Assembly: GCA_041663385.1 (NCBI GenBank)
Contig: JBAYMZ010000001.1
Location: 1-34,576, forward strand
DNA length: 34,576 nucleotides
Direction: 5' to 3'
Source of the DNA: Candidatus Omnitrophota bacterium
GTDB lineage: Bacteria > Omnitrophota > Gorgyraeia > Duberdicusellales > 4484-171
Under the pieces are notes generated by a model. That model was not told where the DNA came from. It did not search any database and worked only from the letters and a program-made list of their open reading frames with translations. Shown piece by piece: positions 27,410-34,576 of the stretch. Position 1 is the first letter of the stretch; each line of letters opens with the position of its first letter. The translations under genes and the position numbers were made by a program.

Positions 27410-28915
27410 TTAGTCCAACCAGTCAGTTAATAAAGTTTTACGATTTTTGTTTTCGCTTATTTTAGGATCAGTATAATAGGAATCATCCTTATAATGCGTT
27501 GAAGAAATCTCTTCAATTACAGTTCCGCCTTTAGTGCTAAAGCTATGCCTTACGCCTCTCTCTACAACAACCACATCTCCCGGATGACAAACCTTATCCT
27601 TGCCGTCAAGCTTGATCTCTATGTCGCCGTATAAAACGTTGAATGTCTCTTCTTTTTCTTTGTGGTATTGCTCCGGATGGGCTTGCCCAGGCATCAGAAC
27701 AATAATTTTTTTACAGTACTCACGATTTATGCAATTTATAATAACTCCGCCGTAACGTTCAAAATCATCAATCCCGTAATGATAAGATATTTCCAGCCCC
27801 AGCTGGTTAGGCACAACCACACCACTTTTCCTTATAATTTCTTTAGCCTGCGAAACAATTTTATATACCTTTTCCCGTAATTCTACAATTTTTACGTCCT
27901 TAAAAAATACAGCCTGTTTATTGCCAATGTTAATTTTAGCATAAAATTCAGTATATTTGGAAACCTCACTGGCAGATATCTGCCCATCAGCAATAGGTAT
28001 AGCGAAAAACAATTTTGCCGGATCTATTTTATCTCCTGCCTTAATCGACTCGGAAACAAACGCACCTCTCTTTAATGCCCGTAAATCATTTAACTCTTTC
28101 TCGCTAAATTTATACCGTTCACCGTAAAGTCCGCAAAATGTTAAAGCTTCCTGCGCGGCCGATAACCAACCAAAAATCTCTTGCGGCATTGCCGAATAAG
28201 CATTCAAACTATCCGGGCCATCTTTAACCCCAACATGCTTTTCAAATATAGTTGCTCCTTTAGAAATTGCCAGTTTTACAGACTCAACGCTGCTACCTGT
28301 CTCATGGTTAGAATAACCAATTTCCATACCGGGATAACGCCGCTTAAGAAAATCTATTTGATTAAGTTGTAGATTTTCTTTTAAGGTGGGGTATTCTGAA
28401 ACGCAATGCAGAAGCGAAAGTTTCTTATCACGATGCAGAAAAAAACTTACAACCCTGTCGATGTCATCAACAGTAGCCCCGGCCACTGAAGCAATAATCG
28501 GTTTATCAGTTTTGACTATCCGCTCAAGCAAAGGCCAATCCGTAAAAGAACAACTTCCAAGTTTGATTATATCCCAATCCTGTTTTTCAATAAGCCCCAC
28601 GGATTGCTCATCAAAAGGCGTGCAAATTGAAACAAAGCCGCATTTATCTATCTCTTCCTTGAGGCGTAAAAATTCTTCTTCTTTCAGCCTGGTCTGGGAA
28701 AACCGCTTTATGTGCTTATACTCATGCCTGCCTTTAAAATCAGGATGGATAAAAGTGTCTAAATCGCGGTATTGAAGTTTGAATGCAAAATTGAAAGGAA
28801 ATTTTTTACTTACCTCGTATATTTCCCTTACAATCCTTAATCCGTGTTCTAATTTTCCCATATGATTATTGGCCATCTCAAAAATAAATAACGGCCGCAA
28901 ACTAATATTACTCAT
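27410..28915 (-). CDS. NeuB-family ulosonic (sialic-acid-type) acid synthase fused to SAF domain and a C-terminal cupin (D-lyxose/D-mannose isomerase-like) domain
   Basis: NeuB signatures IFEMANNHMG, GYSNHETG and EKHVG. SAF-like KRGAFVSESIKAGDKI. Extra ~130-aa C-terminus MPGQAHPEQYHKEKEE...GD..V...G..HSF...EEISSTHYKDDSYYTD. Length is 501 aa versus ~340 for typical NeuB. Confidence 0.8.
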   Translation of the reverse strand: MSNISLRPLFIFEMANNHMGKLEHGLRIVREIYEVSKKFPFNFAFKLQYRDLDTFIHPDFKGRHEYKHIKRFSQTRLKEEEFLRLKEEIDKCGFVSICTPFDEQSVGLIEKQDWDIIKLGSCSFTDWPLLERIVKTDKPIIASVAGATVDDIDRVVSFFLHRDKKLSLLHCVSEYPTLKENLQLNQIDFLKRRYPGMEIGYSNHETGSSVESVKLAISKGATIFEKHVGVKDGPDSLNAYSAMPQEIFGWLSAAQEALTFCGLYGERYKFSEKELNDLRALKRGAFVSESIKAGDKIDPAKLFFAIPIADGQISASEVSKYTEFYAKINIGNKQAVFFKDVKIVELREKVYKIVSQAKEIIRKSGVVVPNQLGLEISYHYGIDDFERYGGVIINCINREYCKKIIVLMPGQAHPEQYHKEKEETFNVLYGDIEIKLDGKDKVCHPGDVVVVERGVRHSFSTKGGTVIEEISSTHYKDDSYYTDPKISENKNRKTLLTDWLD

Positions 28916-30045
28916 TTCTTACCCCCAATAGTTGAATAAACCTTGCAATTCTTGCAAACTTGAGGAAACCGGTTAGATTTAAGAGTGGATAAAAAGCTTT
29001 TAAATTCTTTTGAACGCCAAAAATTACGAAAATCCCCTTCTAAAAGATTCATAAAAGCATTATTCTTCTGAAATTCCCTGTCATTAGCTTCATTTAACAC
29101 ACAGCAGGGTTGAATATGGCCGCTGGATAAAATAAACGGTTCGCTCCATTTTGTGCACATAGAAGGGCATTGTTTACGGCTTATATTTTCGTTCCAATTA
29201 ACAAAAATTCCCTTTTTGTGAGCTGCCTCCTCTATTTTATTTTTTAATTCCTCAGAAACATTATCAACTCGCAAATCTTTTGTCTCTTTAAAATCCATCA
29301 GGCCGGTATAAAAAATTAAGGAAGCTGCTTGAGGTACATCCTTCATCAGCTCAGCTACAAAATCCACATAAGCAAGCATTTCCGGATAATTATATTTGTT
29401 GATGATAAAATGAAACCAAACCTCCGGCAGCAAGGCTTTTTTGCGCTTTTTTATTTCAAAAAAGGTTTTTATGTTAGCAATAACTTTTTCAAAATTTGCC
29501 CCAACTCTTATTTTCTCGTAAGTCTCTTTTGTTGTAGCTTCGATAGATAACCATATCCTGTCGATATTTAAATCAATTATTCTTTCAGCAATCTTATCAT
29601 CCACAAGCGTAAAAGTATCATAAAATTCAACATACATGCCTTTTGACTTAGCATATTCCAGCATTTTCATATAATCTGGATTCAAAAAAGATGAGCCTAT
29701 GCCGGTAAGGCCTAACCACTTAAGCCGCGGAAATTGATCAACTATCTGCCTGAATTGAGCATAGCTGAGATCCCTGACAGGCTCCTTCCAAAAAGTATGT
29801 TCACAAATCACGCAACGCAAATGACAGCGAGTAGTTGGTTCTATCTCAATGGCTTCAGGATAGGGCGTAAGCGCGGGAAACCTTCTCCATAAAGGATCAA
29901 ATAGCGCGATTCCTGAATCTCGGGTTACTATCGCGCTCCATAAATAACAATAAGCGTTTCGAAACTTACCTCTAGCTAAAAGGTATAAAGTATTTCTTAA
30001 GCGTGAGCCAACCATCCCTAAAAATTTTAAACGACGCGCATCCAT
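28912..30045 (-). CDS. Radical SAM enzyme with Cys-rich C-terminal (SPASM-like) extension
   Basis: CHLRCVIC (CX3CX2C). C-terminal CPSMCTKW...GHIQPCCVL...CKNCKVY. There is a 4-nt ATGA overlap with the downstream NeuB-like gene. Confidence 0.85.
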   Translation of the reverse strand: MDARRLKFLGMVGSRLRNTLYLLARGKFRNAYCYLWSAIVTRDSGIALFDPLWRRFPALTPYPEAIEIEPTTRCHLRCVICEHTFWKEPVRDLSYAQFRQIVDQFPRLKWLGLTGIGSSFLNPDYMKMLEYAKSKGMYVEFYDTFTLVDDKIAERIIDLNIDRIWLSIEATTKETYEKIRVGANFEKVIANIKTFFEIKKRKKALLPEVWFHFIINKYNYPEMLAYVDFVAELMKDVPQAASLIFYTGLMDFKETKDLRVDNVSEELKNKIEEAAHKKGIFVNWNENISRKQCPSMCTKWSEPFILSSGHIQPCCVLNEANDREFQKNNAFMNLLEGDFRNFWRSKEFKSFLSTLKSNRFPQVCKNCKVYSTIGGKK

Positions 30046-30057
30046 ATTATTTACTGG

Positions 30058-30786
30058 TTATAAATGTTCAAAATAGCTTCTTGTTTTATCTAATTCATCT
30101 TTATAGTTAACGTTTATGTAATCCGAACAGATCACAAATGGCTTAACCACCTTTCCATCATCAATCGCGCACTGAATAAGATCGGGTAATTCTTTTTGCA
30201 TCCTCTGCTGATTTATCGGAGTATGTTTTATGTAATCTAAGATCGCATTTTTAAATATACAGTTTCCTGTACCCATAAAATCGTTTATCGGGTTTCGAGG
30301 CTTTTCTACCAACCGCCAGATACGAGCATCGTTATCCGTAAATATCGTGTAGGTTTTTTTGATAAGGTTTCTATCTGTTACTTTCAATACTCCGCAAAGC
30401 GCAAACACCTTACTGCTTATAAATTCCTGAATAAATTCTTTATGCCTGGCGTTAATCATAACCTCATCGCCAAGCATTAACATGAAATCGTCTTTGCCCA
30501 ATGCATCTTTAGCGCATTCTATGGCATGCACAAGCCCAAGTTGTTCTTCCTGTTTAATATAAATAACAGGCTTGCCTTGATACGACTCTCCAAAACGCTT
30601 GATGATATCCTCTGCTTTATAACCCACAAGCAGGATTATTTTGTCTATCTCTTTTAGATTAGCAGCTGCATTAAGGCTGTATTCAATTAAAGGCTTTCCA
30701 GAAACCTCTAAGAAGCATTTATTGACTACTTCTGTAACGCTGCCGATTCTTTTACCTCGGCCGCCGGCTAAAATCAAAGCCTTCAT
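30058..30786 (-). CDS. Sugar-1-phosphate nucleotidyltransferase (RmlA/GlmU-type NTP_transferase fold)
   Basis: MKALILAGGRGKRI (GxGxR signature) and a GDEV motif. ATG 30786 with GGAG upstream is preferred over TTG 30801. Not a CMP-ulosonate synthetase type. Confidence 0.85.
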   Translation of the reverse strand: MKALILAGGRGKRIGSVTEVVNKCFLEVSGKPLIEYSLNAAANLKEIDKIILLVGYKAEDIIKRFGESYQGKPVIYIKQEEQLGLVHAIECAKDALGKDDFMLMLGDEVMINARHKEFIQEFISSKVFALCGVLKVTDRNLIKKTYTIFTDNDARIWRLVEKPRNPINDFMGTGNCIFKNAILDYIKHTPINQQRMQKELPDLIQCAIDDGKVVKPFVICSDYINVNYKDELDKTRSYFEHL

Positions 30787-30790
30787 TGTT

Positions 30791-31822
30791 TTAATCTCCA
30801 AATAAATCAGGATTAGTTTTAATCCAATTAATTAAATTTTCTACTCCTTGGCGCGGCTGGACTTTTGGCAACCAGCCTAAAGCATTAAACGCTTTTTGGC
30901 TGTTACAGGCAAAATACAACAAATCACCAAACCTGCCGGGACAAAATTCTATTTCAGGTTTCTTGCCTAAAATATCAGCAATCATACTTATACATTCCAA
31001 TAAAGAAATCATGGTAAGTTTTCCACCGCCGATATTATAAATACCGGGAATTTGCTTTTCATAGAACGCGTTAAAAGCCGCCACCAAATCAGAGGCATAA
31101 AGTATATCACGAACCTGTTTACCTGTTCCATAAACCCGCAAAGGCATATTTTTAATCGCCCGGATAGCAAAGTTAGCAACCCAGCCATGATCCTCTCCGC
31201 CAAGCTGACGCGGTCCGTATAAGCCGGTTAAACGAAAACTTGCAGCTTTAACTTTGTAAGTATCGGCATACACTTTGACATAAAAATCAGCCGCGGCTTT
31301 TGAGGCATGCAAGGGCGTTAAAGTTCCACCCAATACCGGGTAATTTTCATCAATTAATTCTTCCTTACGTAAATAACGGGTATCTGCTTGTGTCAACTCC
31401 TCATTAAGTTTATTACCGTAAATATGTATCGTGGCACAGCTGACCACAGGGATTTTGAATTTGCGGGCAGCTTCCAGCACATTTATTGTCCCCATAACAT
31501 TGGTAGTAAAATCCAGTTCCGGATCTTCTTCGCTAATCGTCATAGCCGGTTGAGCCGCAGTATGAATAATAAAATCACATTCCTTAGCATACTCAAATAA
31601 AGCTTCCCGGTTACGAACATCCTCTTTAATCAGTTCCACTCCTAATGCTTTTAAATAATTCCAGTTATAGCCTCTGGCTGAATCTGTATTATAGCCGGTA
31701 CGCATTAATTCGTGCTTAGTCATGTTGTCATATGAAATAACTTTGACTCCAAGCTTAGCATAATATTCGCAGCACCATGAACCAATAAAACCGCAACCAC
31801 CGGTAACAAGAATTTTTTTCAT
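30791..31822 (-). CDS. Extended-SDR, CDP-paratose/tyvelose 2-epimerase-like, with non-canonical active-site segment
   Basis: GGCGFIGS, AAQPAMT, GEDHGWVANF and GTGKQVRDILYASDL resemble the RfbE family. The expected YxxxK position reads LHASK. Confidence 0.8.
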   Translation of the reverse strand: MKKILVTGGCGFIGSWCCEYYAKLGVKVISYDNMTKHELMRTGYNTDSARGYNWNYLKALGVELIKEDVRNREALFEYAKECDFIIHTAAQPAMTISEEDPELDFTTNVMGTINVLEAARKFKIPVVSCATIHIYGNKLNEELTQADTRYLRKEELIDENYPVLGGTLTPLHASKAAADFYVKVYADTYKVKAASFRLTGLYGPRQLGGEDHGWVANFAIRAIKNMPLRVYGTGKQVRDILYASDLVAAFNAFYEKQIPGIYNIGGGKLTMISLLECISMIADILGKKPEIEFCPGRFGDLLYFACNSQKAFNALGWLPKVQPRQGVENLINWIKTNPDLFGD

Positions 31823-32985
31823 TATTTACCCTCTTTCGTTGCTTGTTGAAAAATATCAATATACTGACGGCTAAATTTATCCCAAGTTAAATTTTCTTTC
31901 ACCCAAACTGAAGCCTTTGAAGCTTGCTCTTTATATTTTTGGTACGAATTATGGATATTGATTAAAGCGGAAGCTAAATCTTGCGTTACAGTGCCTAAAT
32001 TATTATCCTGAACTAACGTTGCCGCGCCCATCTGTGGATAAACCACAACCGGAACAGCACAGGATAACGCCTCAAATACCGATAGATAACCGCCTTGTAA
32101 TTTTACTGGAAACACACACAAATTACAAGCCGAATACAAATCATAAACATCTTCCTTATTAAGCATGCCGGTAAAAATCACCTTTCCAGGCAGAGAAAGT
32201 TCAGAAACTTCTTTTTTAAGGCTCGCGGCATAAGCTCCGCTATCATTGCCGGCTAAAATTAATTTTGCCGAAGGAATTTTATCTGTAATTTTAGAAAATG
32301 CCTGGATTGTATCTTCCTGATTTTTAGCCGGAGAAATCACCCCTACTTGCAAGAGCACAAAAGAATCATCGCTTAAACCATATTTGCTTAACACCTCTTT
32401 TTTTGAAGCCTTTCCAAAATCAGCAGGCGGCTTATCTATGCCGTAAGGAGTTAAAATCGCAGTTTTACCGTAACGCTGTTTAACCGTTTCTGCGTTAAAC
32501 CGATCAGCCGCGCATATTACATCTACGCTGGAGTTAATTATTGTTTTATCAAGTTTTACTCCAAACCAACGTACAAGCTTAAGAGGCAGGGAAAGTTTTT
32601 TGTTATTATAAAAATCAGGAATCTCATTGCACAGCCAGACTGTTGGTTTATCGATTCCAAGCCCAACCCAACTTGCAGGAAAATTATGCAAGTTGATAAC
32701 ATCAAAATCTTTACAATATCGCTTAATTAATTTTCGTAAGTAATATATCTCTTTAAATATGCCAAGCGACGACAAAAAAGAACGGCTGCGGAATTCATAT
32801 TTAAATTTAGTTTCCGGGGTAACTATATTTATCCCCTTACATTTATCCGCTACCTCCTTAGAAAGATTAAGCGTAAGTACAGTATTCTCCACTCCCAAAC
32901 GGGTAAGGTTTAATGACAACTCTTTTACTACCTGTTCTGCCCCGCCATAAAGCCCCATAAATCGATTAACAATTAAAACTTTCAT
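31822..32985 (-). CDS. GT4-family (GT-B fold) glycosyltransferase
   Basis: N-terminal MKVLIVNRFMGLYGGAEQVV and C-terminal GGYLSVFEALSCAVPVVV (E..E-type motif). Confidence 0.85.
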   Translation of the reverse strand: MKVLIVNRFMGLYGGAEQVVKELSLNLTRLGVENTVLTLNLSKEVADKCKGINIVTPETKFKYEFRSRSFLSSLGIFKEIYYLRKLIKRYCKDFDVINLHNFPASWVGLGIDKPTVWLCNEIPDFYNNKKLSLPLKLVRWFGVKLDKTIINSSVDVICAADRFNAETVKQRYGKTAILTPYGIDKPPADFGKASKKEVLSKYGLSDDSFVLLQVGVISPAKNQEDTIQAFSKITDKIPSAKLILAGNDSGAYAASLKKEVSELSLPGKVIFTGMLNKEDVYDLYSACNLCVFPVKLQGGYLSVFEALSCAVPVVVYPQMGAATLVQDNNLGTVTQDLASALINIHNSYQKYKEQASKASVWVKENLTWDKFSRQYIDIFQQATKEGK

Positions 32986-33938
32986 TTTTTTAAATGTTTT
33001 GCTCCGGCTAATTCCAAATCACATATTTCAGCACAGGGAGAATGGCAAATTGTGTCGCCTTGACGCAGCTTAAAACTTCCATCAAATAAATTACCCATTC
33101 TAAAAATATCCCGGCTGTCAGCTCTGCCCTGATAAGGCAAACATTCAGAATAATAATAGCCCTCCATGCAGCTATAAACATTTCCGTTAGATATCATTAT
33201 AAAAAAACCGCTGCCGGCTTTACATTTCTTAGGAGAAAAATCATTAAAATTGTATCCTCTTGTCCGGTTGGGCGCGATAAAACCTTTCTTTTTGTATTCT
33301 TCAATTAAACTAAGCTCTTTCTGGCTATATTCATATCCGGGTTCTTTATAGGTATCAACTTTAAAAGCTGCCAAGCCTTCTTTTTCAAAATATCGCTTTA
33401 ACTCAGGAATTAAAGCGATCTGTTTAGGGTGCGCCACAAAATTTACCGTAATATTTTTAAAACCATGCGCATGAATTTCTTTCAATCGAGATAAAAGCTC
33501 TTCTTTAGTAGCCATTGAAGGATGGAAGCTGGCCATTATCCGAAAATTTTTATTTCTCACGGCATAAAGACGGTTTAAATTTACGCTTAAATTCGTAACC
33601 ATTGATGAAATAACATGTTTTGAAGGAAAATTATCAATTAATTCGGTAATATCTTTATACAAAAGAGGTTCTCCTCCGGTGATAGTAAAAACTGAAGGTG
33701 GAAAATTTTCAAAAACCTTAACCCAGTCCTGCCATGAACGATACGATGATTTTAAATTGTCCGGAGTAAAACGATTCCAAATACAATAAGGACAATTATA
33801 GTTACACCCCAAAAATGGTAAAAAAATTACATTCCTGACTCCAGGGAATAGCTTTCGATAATAAGGCAGCAGGGCTTGCCGCAACCTTTCAGGAAGAAAT
33901 GAATTAACTTTTTTTAAAATAGAAATAAAAAGATTCAT
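32982..33938 (-). CDS. Radical SAM enzyme
   Basis: CNYNCPYC (CX3CX2C), TGGEPLL, and C-terminal Cys residues (CKAG...SCMEGYYYSEC...CHSPCAEIC). Confidence 0.85.
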   Translation of the reverse strand: MNLFISILKKVNSFLPERLRQALLPYYRKLFPGVRNVIFLPFLGCNYNCPYCIWNRFTPDNLKSSYRSWQDWVKVFENFPPSVFTITGGEPLLYKDITELIDNFPSKHVISSMVTNLSVNLNRLYAVRNKNFRIMASFHPSMATKEELLSRLKEIHAHGFKNITVNFVAHPKQIALIPELKRYFEKEGLAAFKVDTYKEPGYEYSQKELSLIEEYKKKGFIAPNRTRGYNFNDFSPKKCKAGSGFFIMISNGNVYSCMEGYYYSECLPYQGRADSRDIFRMGNLFDGSFKLRQGDTICHSPCAEICDLELAGAKHLKK

Positions 33939-33953
33939 TATGCACCAAAAAAA

Positions 33954-34576
33954 TCATCGACAACCAAGATTATACCCCAGAAAATTCCATGCTCCGCGAA
34001 GTTTTCGGTAAAGATCTGAAAGAGAGTGTGTATCCAGAAGAAACTTCAGCATAAAGCCGGGACGAAAATAAAATTTTTTAAGCCCCAAATCCACATAATG
34101 GTTGATTTTTTCCTGGCTAATCCCAGGGTATTCAACAATACCTTTTTGCTCACCGGCTGAAAGCCAGCATCGCCAGTCTTTAGTTTTAAGCCAAGCTTCT
34201 TTTTCCGCCATCTCAAAAAATTTAGTTCCGGGAAACGGCACAGCTCCTGAAAATTGCAAGGTATCGCAATTAAGCGACATGGCAAACTCTACAGTTTTTT
34301 TAGCTGTACTTTCAGTTTCCCCGGGTAAACCAACAACAAAACATCCATGAACCTTAAAACCATGCTTATGAGCAGACTCGAGGAACAAACGGGAATCTTC
34401 GAGCCTGATATTTTTGTGGCTCTTATCAAGAATTTCCTGGCTGCCGGATTCAAAACCCGCTAAAAGCTCCCGGCACCCGGCTTGCCGCATTATTTTAAAC
34501 ATTTTTTCATCGAGGCTGTCGACTCTGGCATTAACGGAAAAAGTTATTTTTAAGTTGCGCCGCAAAATCTCTTCAC
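33954..34576 (-). CDS. Class-B (B12-binding-domain type) radical SAM enzyme, C-terminal part only (5-prime end beyond window)
   Basis: GFESGSQEILDKSHKNI, FVVGLPGET and QFSGAVPFPGT are typical of the radical-SAM core C-terminal half of B12-rSAM proteins. The frame stays open to the window edge, and the track start at 34565 is an internal TTG. Confidence 0.75.
   Translation of the reverse strand, partial: EEILRRNLKITFSVNARVDSLDEKMFKIMRQAGCRELLAGFESGSQEILDKSHKNIRLEDSRLFLESAHKHGFKVHGCFVVGLPGETESTAKKTVEFAMSLNCDTLQFSGAVPFPGTKFFEMAEKEAWLKTKDWRCWLSAGEQKGIVEYPGISQEKINHYVDLGLKKFYFRPGFMLKFLLDTHSLSDLYRKLRGAWNFLGYNLGCR

Noticed and set aside
21168-30801. TTG-initiated N-terminal residues shown as M in the ORF track (starts 21173, 23367, 27400, 30801)
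   Set aside because: In each case an in-frame ATG lies 2-5 codons downstream, removes or reduces the gene overlap, and in two cases has a better SD. I moved these starts, though the change is minor and uncertain.
16595-34576. Glycan cluster as a horizontally acquired genomic island
   Set aside because: There is no flanking tRNA, integrase, direct repeats, or compositional shift visible by eye relative to the housekeeping block. This cannot be supported without k-mer or GC statistics and comparative genomes.

Overview
AT-rich bacterial chromosomal segment, probably from an uncultivated lineage. I could not place the taxon from sequence alone. All roughly 30 supported genes lie on the minus strand, and every plus-strand ORF in the track looks like an antisense shadow. 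Two blocks are visible. (1) 1-16.4 kb is a housekeeping block: rpmE, rho, coaE, glgA, polA, a secreted TPR protein, secG, tpiA, pgk, gap, two tandem GalT-family paralogs, tyrS and rpsA. (2) 16.6-34.6 kb is a tightly packed, translationally coupled glycan-biosynthesis operon that runs off the right edge. It holds a Wzx-like flippase, GT2, FkbM methyltransferase, two extended SDRs, a TylCIII-like C-methyltransferase-architecture protein, a Gmm-like Nudix hydrolase, a YerE/ALS-like ThDP enzyme, a HAD phosphatase, a NeuB-SAF-cupin fusion, a sugar-1-P nucleotidyltransferase, GT4, and five radical-SAM enzymes (one class-B/B12-like and partial). The most unusual coding feature is this radical-SAM-rich cluster combining ulosonic-acid and branched-sugar enzymes. 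The most unusual non-coding feature is in the housekeeping block, where almost every intergenic spacer is a long imperfect palindrome. Each arm is a tandem array of a short word with 7-10 nt period, the word differs between spacers, and two families recur (A three times, B twice). Other points: the second GalT paralog has Arg in place of the nucleophilic His (HARSQ instead of HxHxQ); an RfbH-like gene remnant sits next to a GC-rich multi-hairpin element at 17.8-18.1 kb; one SDR appears to lack the YxxxK tyrosine. Several ORF-track starts are TTG artefacts and I moved them to nearby ATG codons. No tRNA, rRNA, CRISPR array, transposase or integrase was seen.
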